Shown in pieces: positions 1 through 9,524 of a stretch of DNA of 43,848 bases. The stretch is from Candidatus Aminicenantales bacterium (GTDB lineage Bacteria; Acidobacteriota; Aminicenantia; Aminicenantales; Saccharicenantaceae). Below the pieces are notes generated by a model. That model did no database searches. It saw only the letters and a list, made by a program, of their open reading frames with translations, and was not told where the DNA came from. The position numbers were made by a program, and so were the translations under genes. The DNA is taken from assembly GCA_049512315.1 (NCBI GenBank), contig JBEKXF010000009.1, positions 62,001 to 105,848 of the forward strand, given 5' to 3'. Numbering within the stretch: position 1 is the first letter of the stretch; the number at the start of each line of letters is the position of its first letter.

Positions 1-1320
1 CTGGTGAGCGCGGCGACCGCGGTCTTGCCCCTGACGCTGATCCCGTTCGCCCTCGGCGGGGGGGATCTGGTCATCCGAAAGCCGTTCATCCTCGGGCTCG
101 ATTTCATCCTCATCCTCGACCCCCTGTCGATCTTCATGGCCTGCGTTTCGTCATTCGTCGGCTGTCTGATCGTCGTCTACTCCATCGGCTACATCCACCA
201 CCAGGAACACCAGAACGAATACTACCTGATGGTCCTCCTGTTCATCGGCGCCATGATGGGACTCGTGTTCTCCGGCAACCTTATCTTCCTCTACCTGTTC
301 TGGGAGATCATCGCCATCAGCTGCTGGCGCCTGATCGGGTTTTACCGCGAGCCAAGCTTCGTCATCAAGGCCGACAAGGCCTTCCTCGTGACCTTCTTCG
401 GCGCCGTGGTCATGCTCCTCGGGTTCATCCAGATCTACGGCGTCACCAACACCTTCGACATCACCGCGATGCGCGGGACCCTCATCCCCGGAAGCGCGGT
501 CCTGCTGATCCTCTTCGGCCTGTTCTCGAAATCCGCTACCGTGCCCCTCCACACCTGGCTGCCCGACGCCGGCGTCGCCCCGACGACGGTCACGGCCCTC
601 CTCCACGCCGCCGTCCTCGTCAAGATCGGCGTCTACGCCTACGCTCGCCTCTTCCTCTACGGGTTCAAGATCCCCGCCGAATGGCAGCAGATCATCCCCG
701 TCGTGGTGGTCGTCTCCAGCCTGGTGGCCGCGGGCGCGGCCGCCGTCGAGAACGACTTCAAGCGAATCCTGGCCTACTCGACGGTCAGCCAGATCGGCTA
801 CATCTTCCTCGGCTTCAGCATGGCCAACGCGGCCGGGATCTCCGGGTCCCTGCTCTTCATCCTGATGCACGGCCTGGCCAAGGCCGGCCTCTTCCTCTGC
901 GCCGGGATCGTCATCCACGCGACCCACACCAAGGACATCCGGGAGATGGGCGGCCTCATCCGGACCATGCCCGTGACCGCTGTCGCTTTCCTCTTCTGCG
1001 CCTTCTCCGTCATCGGCATCCCGCCCTTCGGCGGGTTCTTCTCCAAGTTCCTGGTGATCATGGGCACCCTCCAGGCGGGCCAGGTCTGGCTGGCCGGGAC
1101 GGCCCTGTTCACCGCCGTTTTGACGATGTTCTACCTGCTGAAGGTTTTCAGCATGGTCTTCCTGGGTGAGCCAAAGCACCCGGCCCCGGAAAAAACGAAA
1201 TCCATGGTCTTTGTCGTCGCGACCCTGGCCGTCCTCAGCCTGGCGGCCGGCCTTCTGGTCTCCTATCCCATGAAGCTCGTCAACATCGCGACGGCCCAGA
1301 TGAGTTGGTGGCTCCGATGA
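1..1320 (+). CDS. Proton-translocating antiporter-like subunit (NuoL/MrpA core type) of membrane-bound hydrogenase; 5' end outside window
   Basis: Polytopic membrane protein with FWE, FSKSA, PLHTWLPDAGVAPTTVTALLHAAVLVKIGVY, KRILAYSTVSQIGY and GFFSKF motifs; frame is open from position 1. Confidence 0.9.
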   Translation: MVSAATAVLPLTLIPFALGGGDLVIRKPFILGLDFILILDPLSIFMACVSSFVGCLIVVYSIGYIHHQEHQNEYYLMVLLFIGAMMGLVFSGNLIFLYLFWEIIAISCWRLIGFYREPSFVIKADKAFLVTFFGAVVMLLGFIQIYGVTNTFDITAMRGTLIPGSAVLLILFGLFSKSATVPLHTWLPDAGVAPTTVTALLHAAVLVKIGVYAYARLFLYGFKIPAEWQQIIPVVVVVSSLVAAGAAAVENDFKRILAYSTVSQIGYIFLGFSMANAAGISGSLLFILMHGLAKAGLFLCAGIVIHATHTKDIREMGGLIRTMPVTAVAFLFCAFSVIGIPPFGGFFSKFLVIMGTLQAGQVWLAGTALFTAVLTMFYLLKVFSMVFLGEPKHPAPEKTKSMVFVVATLAVLSLAAGLLVSYPMKLVNIATAQMSWWLR

Positions 1321-3185
1321 CGCCCAAAATGCTCCTTCTGCCGGTCCTCCTGCCTGCGGTCCTCGCCGTCGCCCTTCTCCTCATTCCCAAGGGGGTCAGG
1401 CTCCTCCGGGAGCTCCTGGCTGTCGCCGGGTCCACGGTCCTTCTCTATTACGCGTTCGTCTTCTTCTCGGTGAAGAACCTCGAGCTGAGCGTCCCCTGGC
1501 TGGGAATGGGGATCGACTTCGAGCTTCGCCTGTTCCACTTTTCGAGCTTCATCCTTCTCGCCCTGTCGGGGTTCCTCGTCCTGATCACGCTCTTCTCGAC
1601 GGTCAAGATGAAGGACGCCTCGCGGGTCCGGGAATATTACGCCTACGTCTTCCTGACGGCCGCCTTCGCCAACGGGGCGGTCCTGGCCAACAATTTCGTG
1701 CCCCTCCTCTTCTTCTGGGAGGGGCTGCTCGTGACCCTGTACGGCCTCATCACCATCGGCGGCAAGCCGACCTCGAACCGGACCGCGGTCAAGGCCCTCC
1801 TGATCAGCGGGTTCTGCGATTTCTCGATGATCATGGGCATCGGCCTTCTCTGGTCGCTGTCCGGCACGCTGACCATGTCCAAGGTCTCGGTCGAGCCCAC
1901 GGGCCTCGCCGCGGTGGCCTTCGTCCTCATGATGATCGGCGCCATCGGCAAGGCCGGGGCCATGCCGTTCCACACCTGGATCCCCGACGCCGCCCTGGAC
2001 GCGCCGGTGACCTTCATGGCCTTCCTGCCGGCCGCCTTCGAGAAGCTCCTGGGCATCTATCTCCTGGCCCGGATCTCCCTCGATTTCTTCAAGATCAGGC
2101 CGGGCAGCGGCTTGTCGATCCTGATGATGACCATCGGCGCCGTGACCATCGTCCTGGCCGTCCTCATGGCCCTCATCCAGAAGGATTTCAAGAAGCTGCT
2201 GTCCTTCCACGCCATCAGCCAGGTCGGCTACATGGTCCTCGGCATCGGGACCGGGATCCCCATCGGCATCGCCGGCGGCATCTTCCACATGATCAACCAC
2301 GCCATGTACAAATGCGGGCTTTTCCTGAGCGCCGGCTCGGTCGAGCACCGGACCGGGACGACCGAGCTCAAGAGGCTCGGCGGGCTCCGGAAGGACATGC
2401 CCCTGACGGCCTTCGGGTTCACGGTCTGCGCCCTGGCCATCTCCGGGGTCTGGCCCTTGAACGGGTTCGTCTCCAAGGAGATGGTCTTCCACGGCGCGGT
2501 CGAGACGGGTTACATCGTGTTCGCGGTCGCCGCCTGGGTCGGGGCGATCTTCACCTTCGCCTCGTTCCTCAAGGCGGGCCACTCGGTCTTCTTCGGGGAA
2601 CGGACGAAGGAGGTCCCGCCCGTCAGGGAAAGCCAGGCCCCGATCGTCTTCCCGATCCTCGTCCTGGCCCTGCTCTGCATCACCTTCGGCGTCTACAACA
2701 AGCTGCCCCTGACCCTGCTCATCCAGCCGATCCTCGCGGGCCACGGCGAGGGGGGCGAGCCCGTGGACTTCACGGCCCACGCCCTGTCCCTCGGGAACCC
2801 CATCGCCCTCATCTCCGTGGGCTGCCTCATCCTCGCCTTCCTGCTCCACGCGTATGGTTTCCGGAAGTCGGGGCGGAAGCCCTACCTAGCCTCCGAGCCC
2901 GTCCACAACCTGCCCGTCCTCCACAAGCTCTACGAGATGTCGGAGGCGCGGATGTTCGACCTCTACGAGCAGGGCGTAAAGTTCCTCAAGGGCCTGTCCA
3001 TGGTCCTGTTCAAGGCGGTCGACCGGCCCATCGACTTCGTCTTCGAGAAGGTCGTCACGGCCGTGGGCGGAAAGTTCACCGGGATCCTGAAGAAGGTCCA
3101 CACCGGGCACTACGCGAATTACCTGGCCTGGTGCCTGGCCGGCCTCATCATCGTGGCCGGCGTCATCTCAATGCTCGTGAAATAG
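1317..3185 (+). CDS. Antiporter-like subunit with C-terminal lateral-helix extension (NuoL/MrpA-length)
   Basis: ATGA overlap with the previous stop; PFHTWIPDA, KKLLSFHAISQVGY, NGFVSKE motifs; C-terminal amphipathic region followed by HTGHYANYL and a final TM helix. Confidence 0.9.
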   Translation: MTPKMLLLPVLLPAVLAVALLLIPKGVRLLRELLAVAGSTVLLYYAFVFFSVKNLELSVPWLGMGIDFELRLFHFSSFILLALSGFLVLITLFSTVKMKDASRVREYYAYVFLTAAFANGAVLANNFVPLLFFWEGLLVTLYGLITIGGKPTSNRTAVKALLISGFCDFSMIMGIGLLWSLSGTLTMSKVSVEPTGLAAVAFVLMMIGAIGKAGAMPFHTWIPDAALDAPVTFMAFLPAAFEKLLGIYLLARISLDFFKIRPGSGLSILMMTIGAVTIVLAVLMALIQKDFKKLLSFHAISQVGYMVLGIGTGIPIGIAGGIFHMINHAMYKCGLFLSAGSVEHRTGTTELKRLGGLRKDMPLTAFGFTVCALAISGVWPLNGFVSKEMVFHGAVETGYIVFAVAAWVGAIFTFASFLKAGHSVFFGERTKEVPPVRESQAPIVFPILVLALLCITFGVYNKLPLTLLIQPILAGHGEGGEPVDFTAHALSLGNPIALISVGCLILAFLLHAYGFRKSGRKPYLASEPVHNLPVLHKLYEMSEARMFDLYEQGVKFLKGLSMVLFKAVDRPIDFVFEKVVTAVGGKFTGILKKVHTGHYANYLAWCLAGLIIVAGVISMLVK

Positions 3186-3238
3186 TCGTTTGATTCCATA
3201 GATCGTTCGGAAGAGTTTGTGAAGATCGAGGAGGAGCG

Positions 3239-4720
3239 TTGATCATTCTCTTCGTTGCGCTGCCGCTCATCGTGGCGGGAGTCCTGCCGCTCATCGGCAA
3301 GGTCTCCCGGAGGGTCGTGCCGGACCTGCTGGCCAACGCGACCCTTCTCTTTTTGCTCGTCTACGCCGTGGCCGTCGGCCGGCCCCTTATCGGGAACGGC
3401 CCCGCCTTCCAGAAGCTAACCTGGCTCGGGGAGACGGTCAACCTCCGTCTGGCCCTCGACGGGTTCAGCCTGTTCATGCTCATGGCCATTTCCCTGGTCG
3501 GGCTTTGCGCCGGCCTGTTCTCGATCGACTACATGGAGCACTACGGGGCCAAGGCGAATTATTACGCTCTGTTCCTGATCATGATCGCCGGGATGAACGG
3601 TCTCGTCCTGGCGACGGACCTTTTCAACATCTACATCTTTCTCGAAGTGGCCGCCGTCGCCTCCTACTCCCTGGTCGCCTTCGGCCTGGGGCACGACGAG
3701 CTCGAGGCGGCCTTCAAGTACCTCATGCTGTCCGTGGTGGCCTCCGCCTTCATCCTGGTCAGCATTGCCGTCATCTTCGGCATGACCGGGAGCCTGAGCC
3801 TGCCGGCCGTGGCCAGGGCCCTCCAGGAGCTCAACGCCGGGCCCGTGGTCGGCATTTGCGCAGCCCTCTTCATCATGGGCTTCGGGCTGAAGGCGGCCCT
3901 CATCCCCTTCCATGCCTGGCTGCCGGACGCCCACCCCTCGGCCCCGGCCCCGATCTCGGCCGTCCTGTCGGGCCTGCTCATCAAGGTTTCGGGCGTCTAC
4001 GCCCTGACCCGGGTCTTCCTCAACGTCTTCGGCCTGACGCCGGCCCTGTCCACCGTCCTGATGTATCTCGGCACCGTGTCCCTGGTCGTCGCCGCCTTCC
4101 TGGCCCTGGGCCAGAAGGACATCAAACGGATGCTGGCCTACTCCTCGATCAGCCAGGTCGGCTACATCGTCCTGGGGATCGGCCTCGGGACCCCGCTCGG
4201 CATCGCCGGGGGGCTCTTCCACCTGTTTAACCATGCCCTGGCCAAGGGGCTCCTGTTTTTGACCTCCGGCTCCATCCAGCAAGCCACCGGCACGCGCAAC
4301 CTCGACGAGATGGGCGGGCTGGCCAATCGGATGCCTGTCACCGCGGCCACGAACCTCATCGGCTCCCTGTCAATCGCCGGGGTCCCGCCCCTCAACGGCT
4401 TCTGGTCCAAGCTCCTGATCATCATGGCCCTCATCCAGGCGGGGCATCCCGTTTTCGCTCTGGTCGCCGTCCTGGCCTCGGTCCTGACCCTCTGGTATTA
4501 CCTCCTCATCCAGCGCAAGGCCTTCTTCGGAAAACTCAACGAGAGATGGGCCGCCGTGAAGGAAGCGCCCTTCTGGATGACCGCCTCGACCGTCCTTCTC
4601 GCCTCCCTTTGCGTCGGGGTCGGCATCTTCTTCTCGGTGACCATAAAATCCTGGATCCAGCCCGCCGCAGGCGTGCTCGCGGAGGGGGTCCAGGCCGTGA
4701 TCCGTTCGTGGGGATTATAG
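3239..4720 (+). CDS. Antiporter-like subunit (MrpD/NuoM-N type)
   Basis: GAGGAGG SD before TTG start; FLEVA, GLKAALIPFHAWLPDAHPSAPAPISAVLSG, KRMLAYSSISQVGY, NGFWSK motifs. Confidence 0.9.
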   Translation: MIILFVALPLIVAGVLPLIGKVSRRVVPDLLANATLLFLLVYAVAVGRPLIGNGPAFQKLTWLGETVNLRLALDGFSLFMLMAISLVGLCAGLFSIDYMEHYGAKANYYALFLIMIAGMNGLVLATDLFNIYIFLEVAAVASYSLVAFGLGHDELEAAFKYLMLSVVASAFILVSIAVIFGMTGSLSLPAVARALQELNAGPVVGICAALFIMGFGLKAALIPFHAWLPDAHPSAPAPISAVLSGLLIKVSGVYALTRVFLNVFGLTPALSTVLMYLGTVSLVVAAFLALGQKDIKRMLAYSSISQVGYIVLGIGLGTPLGIAGGLFHLFNHALAKGLLFLTSGSIQQATGTRNLDEMGGLANRMPVTAATNLIGSLSIAGVPPLNGFWSKLLIIMALIQAGHPVFALVAVLASVLTLWYYLLIQRKAFFGKLNERWAAVKEAPFWMTASTVLLASLCVGVGIFFSVTIKSWIQPAAGVLAEGVQAVIRSWGL

Positions 4721-4723
4721 AAG

Positions 4724-5206
4724 ATGATTGTCCAAACAGCGCTCCTCATCGGCTTGGTTTTCTTCTCTGTCCTGGCGATCTTTCTCAAGGACCTGATCCG
4801 GGCGGCGATCTCCCTGGCCGTGGCCAGTCTTTTCCTAGGGATCATTTTCTTCCGCATGGGCGCCTCCTACGCGGGCGTCTTCGAGATCTCCGTCGTCGCG
4901 GGCCTGATCACGGTCCTGTTCATCCTGACCATCGCCCTGACGAACACGGGCGAGGAGGTCCGGGAATCGCGCCTCGCGAACGTCGTCTTCCCCCTCTTTT
5001 TCGTCGTCTTCGTCATCATCGACGCCCTGGTCATGAAGGGGCTCCTCCAGAAGGTCCCGGCCCTACCCTCGGGGCCCGAGGCGGGCACGTTCGGGGAGGT
5101 CCTCTGGAAAGGAAGGACCCTGGACCTTGTCGGCCAGATCGGCGTCATCCTGGCGGGTGTCTTCTCGGTCCTGGCCCTATTCCGGAAGAGAGACAAACAT
5201 GACTAA
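4724..5206 (+). CDS. NuoJ-like membrane subunit
   Basis: About 5 hydrophobic helices, FEISVVAGLITVLF segment, position in operon. Confidence 0.75.
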   Translation: MIVQTALLIGLVFFSVLAIFLKDLIRAAISLAVASLFLGIIFFRMGASYAGVFEISVVAGLITVLFILTIALTNTGEEVRESRLANVVFPLFFVVFVIIDALVMKGLLQKVPALPSGPEAGTFGEVLWKGRTLDLVGQIGVILAGVFSVLALFRKRDKHD

Positions 5207-5507
5207 CACCTGGTATTTCTACCTGTTCTTCTCGGCCGGCCTGATCTTCGCCGGGCTCTACGCCCTCCTCTCCAAGCGGAACCTGATCCGGCTCCTCATC
5301 GCCATCGAGGTCATCAGCAAGGGCGTGAGCCTCGTCCTCCTCGCGACCGGCTTCGCCAAGGGGAACATCCTTGTCGCCCAGGCCATGGTCGTCACCTTCA
5401 TCGTCGTCGAGGTCAGCCTCGTCGCCACGGCCCTGGCCATCATCATCAACATCTACCGGCACACGAAAAGCCTGGACGTCCGGAAGCTGGTCAGATTGAA
5501 AGGGTAA
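5199..5507 (+). CDS. NuoK/MrpC-like subunit
   Basis: 3 TM helices, RNLIRLLIAIEVI motif, second Glu in VVEVSL; start set to ATG 5199 overlapping previous gene. Confidence 0.85.
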   Translation: MTNTWYFYLFFSAGLIFAGLYALLSKRNLIRLLIAIEVISKGVSLVLLATGFAKGNILVAQAMVVTFIVVEVSLVATALAIIINIYRHTKSLDVRKLVRLKG

Positions 5508-5510
5508 GTC

Positions 5511-5843
5511 ATGAAGGGAATCGAGCTTCTTCTCTCCCCGCCCGTCGCCTTTCTCGTCTTCCTCGGAGCGGCCTTTCTCCTCTCCGGCCTGGGGTCGAAA
5601 ATGGCCCCCAAGCTGACCAAGGTCGGCGGCAAGCTCGCGACCTACGCTTGCGGCGAGGACATCCCGGGCGTCAAGATCCAGTTCGGCTACCGGCTCTTTT
5701 TCTTTGTCGCCCTGTTCTTCACGATCATGCACGTCGCCACCCTCGTCATCGCCACGGTCCCTTCGGGCAAGATCATCTTTTTCGCGATCTTCTACCTCCT
5801 GATGATATTCCTGTCCATCATGGCCCTCATCACAAGGAGCTAA
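5511..5843 (+). CDS. NuoA-like subunit
   Basis: 3 TM helices with KLATYACGED loop resembling NuoA YECG. Confidence 0.75.
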   Translation: MKGIELLLSPPVAFLVFLGAAFLLSGLGSKMAPKLTKVGGKLATYACGEDIPGVKIQFGYRLFFFVALFFTIMHVATLVIATVPSGKIIFFAIFYLLMIFLSIMALITRS

Positions 5844-5844
5844 C

Positions 5845-6264
5845 ATGCTGAACAAGCTGGTCCGCTGGTCGAGGATCAAGTCACCCTGGATCCTCCACCT
5901 GAACTCCGGCGCCTGCAATGCCTGCGATATCGAGATCGTCGCCGCCCTGACGCCCCGCTTCGACGTCGAGCGCTTCGGCGTCCTCCTCAAGGCGACCCCC
6001 CGTCACGCTGACGTCATCGTCGCCAGCGGACCGGTCACCCGTCAGATCAAGGACCGGATCATCCGGATCTACGACCAGGTCCCGGACCCCAAGTTCGTCA
6101 TCGCCGTCGGCGCCTGCGCCATGTCCGGCTGCGTTTACCGCGGGGCGTACAATATCATGGGAGGGATCGATCAGGTGATCCCGGTGAACGTCTACGTTCC
6201 GGGCTGCCCGGCCCGGCCGGACGCGATCCTGGACGCCGTCGTCAAGCTCCTGGGAAAACTCTAG
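5845..6264 (+). CDS. Group 4 [NiFe]-hydrogenase small subunit (NuoB-like)
   Basis: CNAC, GAC and PGCP [4Fe-4S] ligands; CxxC form rather than the tandem CC of complex I NuoB. Confidence 0.93.
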   Translation: MLNKLVRWSRIKSPWILHLNSGACNACDIEIVAALTPRFDVERFGVLLKATPRHADVIVASGPVTRQIKDRIIRIYDQVPDPKFVIAVGACAMSGCVYRGAYNIMGGIDQVIPVNVYVPGCPARPDAILDAVVKLLGKL

Positions 6265-6280
6265 GTTTCGAGGACACGCC

Positions 6281-6754
6281 ATGACCGATATCGAGATCGT
6301 CGAAAGGCTCAAACGGGACCTGGGTCCCGAGGCCCTGGAGGTCACGAACCCCGACCGCCGCCGCATCTTCCTCAAGGTCGGATCCGGCGACCTCGTCGCG
6401 GCCGTGACCCTCCTCCGCGACAAGTACGACTGCGCCTACCTGGCCACGATCTCCGGCGTGGACAAGGGCGAAACGTTCGAGATCCTCTACCACTTCGCGA
6501 GCCCGGCGGCCAACATCAACGTCCGGACCGAGGTTCCCAAGGCCTCGCCCCATATCGACAGCATCACCGCCGTCATCCCCGGGGCCATCCTCTACGAACG
6601 GGAGCTCCAGGACATGTTCGGCCTGGTCGTCGACCGCATCCCGGACCCCCGTCCCCTCGTCGTGCCGGACGACTGGCCGGCCGGGAACTTCCCCCTGCGC
6701 AAGGACTGGAAGTTCGAGAGGCCGCCGGAGATCATCCCCGGAGGCAAGTCATGA
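6281..6754 (+). CDS. NuoC-like subunit
   Basis: YERELQDMFG and FPLRKD motifs; GAGG SD. Confidence 0.9.
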   Translation: MTDIEIVERLKRDLGPEALEVTNPDRRRIFLKVGSGDLVAAVTLLRDKYDCAYLATISGVDKGETFEILYHFASPAANINVRTEVPKASPHIDSITAVIPGAILYERELQDMFGLVVDRIPDPRPLVVPDDWPAGNFPLRKDWKFERPPEIIPGGKS

Positions 6755-7953
6755 AGTTCCAAATCCCCATCGGCCCCCAGCACCCGGCCCTCAAGGAGCC
6801 CATCAGCCTGAGGATGACCGTCGAGGGCGAAGTCATCCGCGACGCCGACATCCGCCTCGGCTACAACCACCGCGGCCTGGAGAAACTGGCCGAGGAAAAG
6901 ACCTGGATCCAGAATATCTACCTGACCGAGCGGATCTGCGGCATCTGCTCTCATTCCCACGCCACCTGCTTCGTCCAGGGCGTGGAGAAGCTGATGGAGA
7001 TCGTCCCGCCCAAGCGGGGCCTGTACATCCGCTACCTCGTCTCGGAGCTTGAGCGCGTCCATAGCCACCTCCTCTGGCTCGGCGTCGCCGGACACGAGGC
7101 CGGCTTCGACTCCTTTTTCATGTACACCTGGAGGGACCGCGAGATCGTCATGGACCTCCTCGAGCTCATCTCGGGGAACCGCGTCCACTATGCCATCAAC
7201 ACCCTCGGCGGCGTCCGCCGCGACGTCGACGAGGGCCAGAAGGCCAAGATCCTCGAAGGCATCGCGACCCTCAGGAAGCGGAGCGAGTACTATTTCCACA
7301 TCGGCGCCAACGAGCCGAGCTTCGTCGGCCGGATCGCCGGGGTCGGCCTCCTGACGAAGGAGCAGGCCGTCAGCCTCTGCGCCGTCGGCCCCACGGCCCG
7401 GGCCTCGGGCATCACCCGGGACGTCCGCAAGGAAGATCCTTACGCCGTCTACGATGAGATGGATTTCGAGGTCGGGACGGCCGACAGCTGCGATGTCCTC
7501 GGGCGCGTCGTCGTCCGCGTCAAGGAACTCCTGGAATCCTACAAGATCATCGAGCAGATCCTCCACAAGCTCCCCGCCGGCGACATCGTGGTCAAGGCCC
7601 CGCGCAAGGCCAAGCCCAACGAGGTCGTCAGCCGCTACGAGGCCCCCCGCGGCGAAAACATGCATTACATCAAAAGCAACGGGACCGACAAGCCCGAGCG
7701 GCTCAAGGTCCGCGCCCCAACGCTCGCCAACTACCCGGCCACGGTGGAGATGCTCCGCCACGGGTTCATCGCGGACATCCCCCTGATCTTCGCCGCCATC
7801 GACCCCTGCATCTGCTGCGCGGAGCGGACCGTCAGCCTGGTCAACGTCCGGAACGGCGAAGAGACGACCGTCCGCCTGAGCGACCTCCGCCGGCGGGCGA
7901 TCGAGCAGCATAAAAACGCCCCCCCGAAAAGGAATGCGGTATGGCCGTTCTGA
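6751..7953 (+). CDS. Group 4 [NiFe]-hydrogenase large subunit
   Basis: GPQHP N-terminus, L1 motif ERICGICSHSH, L2 motif DPCICCAER followed by a 41-aa extension. Confidence 0.93.
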   Translation: MKFQIPIGPQHPALKEPISLRMTVEGEVIRDADIRLGYNHRGLEKLAEEKTWIQNIYLTERICGICSHSHATCFVQGVEKLMEIVPPKRGLYIRYLVSELERVHSHLLWLGVAGHEAGFDSFFMYTWRDREIVMDLLELISGNRVHYAINTLGGVRRDVDEGQKAKILEGIATLRKRSEYYFHIGANEPSFVGRIAGVGLLTKEQAVSLCAVGPTARASGITRDVRKEDPYAVYDEMDFEVGTADSCDVLGRVVVRVKELLESYKIIEQILHKLPAGDIVVKAPRKAKPNEVVSRYEAPRGENMHYIKSNGTDKPERLKVRAPTLANYPATVEMLRHGFIADIPLIFAAIDPCICCAERTVSLVNVRNGEETTVRLSDLRRRAIEQHKNAPPKRNAVWPF

Positions 7954-8912
7954 GAACATTCCTCTATCTCCTCGTCTACCCGGGACTCCTGTTCCTTTTT
8001 GTCTACTCTACCTTCTGCGAGTGGTTCGACCGGAAGGTCTACGCCCGGCTCCAGAACCGGATGGGACCGACGCACACCGGCCGCTTCGGCCTCCTCCAGC
8101 CCATCGCCGACTTCGTCAAGCTCCTGGCCAAGGAGGACATCGTGCCCGAGGCCGCCGACAAGAGCCTGTTCTCACTCCTGCCGGTCTTCGGCCTGGCCGT
8201 CGTCTCCACCGCGGCGTTGCTGCTCCCGGTCTGGAACTTCGACCTGGCGGCCCCCGGGATGACGTCGTTCTCGGGGGACATCATCGTCATCCTCTACCTC
8301 CTGAGCCTCCCAACCCTCATCCTTTTCCTGGCCGCCTGGTCCTCGACCAACCTCTTCTCCACGATCGGCGGCTCCCGTGTCCTGACCATGCTCTTCGGCT
8401 ATGAGGTGCCCCTCTTCCTGTCCGTCCTCAGCCCGGCCATCCTGGCCAACTCCTGGCGCCTGGCCGAGATCGCGGCCTTCTATCAGAAGAAGCCCCTCCT
8501 CATCCTGCCGAACCTCCTCGGCTTCGTGATCGCCCTGATCGCCGTCCAGGCCAAGCTGGAGCGGACGCCCTTCGACATCCCCCACGCCGAGACCGAGATC
8601 GTCGGCGGGACCTTCACCGAGTACTCGGGGAAGAAGCTGGCCTTCTTCCGGCTGATGATGGACATCGAGCTCGTCGTCGCGAGCGGCCTCCTGGCCGCCG
8701 TTTTCCTCGGCGGGTTTCCGGGCGGCGCGATCATCGGGTTCGTGCATTTCGTGATCAAGACCCTCTTCATCATCTTCCTCCTGGCCCTCCTCCGGGCCCT
8801 GACCTCCCGGATCCGGGTCGACCAGGTTGTCCGATTGGCTTGGAAATATCTAGCCCCGCTGGCCGTCCTTCAACTCTTGATCGTCATCCTCCTGAAGGGA
8901 TTCCTGAAATGA
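7941..8912 (+). CDS. NuoH-like membrane subunit
   Basis: RKVYARLQNRMGP, GLLQPIADFVKLLAKE, PFDIPHAETEIVGGTFTEYSG motifs. Confidence 0.92.
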   Translation: MAVLRTFLYLLVYPGLLFLFVYSTFCEWFDRKVYARLQNRMGPTHTGRFGLLQPIADFVKLLAKEDIVPEAADKSLFSLLPVFGLAVVSTAALLLPVWNFDLAAPGMTSFSGDIIVILYLLSLPTLILFLAAWSSTNLFSTIGGSRVLTMLFGYEVPLFLSVLSPAILANSWRLAEIAAFYQKKPLLILPNLLGFVIALIAVQAKLERTPFDIPHAETEIVGGTFTEYSGKKLAFFRLMMDIELVVASGLLAAVFLGGFPGGAIIGFVHFVIKTLFIIFLLALLRALTSRIRVDQVVRLAWKYLAPLAVLQLLIVILLKGFLK

Positions 8913-9343
8913 AAATCGCGGTCTTCTTCCCCGAACTCATCCGCAGTCTCTTCAAAAAAACCGCTACCGTCGACTATCCCTTCAAGAAGCTCGAGGTGCC
9001 GAAGGGCTTTAGGGGCACCCCGTTCCTCCACCCGGAGATGTGCATCGTCTGCCGGGCCTGCGAGCGCGACTGCCCCGCCGAGGCGATCGAGATCACGTCG
9101 GTCAACGAGGCCGAGAAGAAGTTCAGGATGGTCATCCATAACGACCGCTGCATCCACTGCGCCCAGTGCGTGGATTCCTGCCCGACGACGCCGAAGGCCA
9201 TGGGCATCGACAGCCTCTTCGAGCTCGCGGATTTCGACCGGCACAACCTGAAGAAGGAATGGGTCTACGTCCGGGCCGTCATCAAGCCCAAGGCGGCCGC
9301 CCCGAAGCCGGACGCCGCTCCTGAGGCCGCCCCCAAGGCCTGA
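8909..9343 (+). CDS. NuoI-like 2x[4Fe-4S] subunit
   Basis: CIVCRACERDCP and CIHCAQCVDSCP; ATGA overlap with previous stop. Confidence 0.92.
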   Translation: MKIAVFFPELIRSLFKKTATVDYPFKKLEVPKGFRGTPFLHPEMCIVCRACERDCPAEAIEITSVNEAEKKFRMVIHNDRCIHCAQCVDSCPTTPKAMGIDSLFELADFDRHNLKKEWVYVRAVIKPKAAAPKPDAAPEAAPKA

Positions 9344-9367
9344 ATCCTTATTAAACCCCTTCTTGTC

Positions 9368-9401
9368 GCGGACTCGGAGGGAGTCCCTCCGTCCGCTTTT
9401 T
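9368..9401 (+). terminator. Intrinsic terminator of hydrogenase operon
   Basis: GCGGAC-tc-GGAGGG agt CCCTCC-GTCCGC hairpin followed by TTTTT. Confidence 0.75.
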
Positions 9402-9524
9402 ATAAATTGTCCAATCGGCTTTATTACAGCATGCCCCGGCCATCCTCACGGCGCCTCTCACGCCGCCGGCTAAGTGCAGACGACGTCAGGAGACCCTCAC
9501 GTGCGGATTCTGTATAATGAAAGC

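Noticed and set aside
7801..7830. Selenocysteine in the hydrogenase L2 motif
   Set aside because: All Cys codons are TGC; no in-frame TGA
1..9343. Calling the operon NADH:quinone oxidoreductase (nuo)
   Set aside because: Large subunit has both Ni-binding CxxC motifs, small subunit has CxxC, a maturation protease follows, and nuoEFG are not in the window
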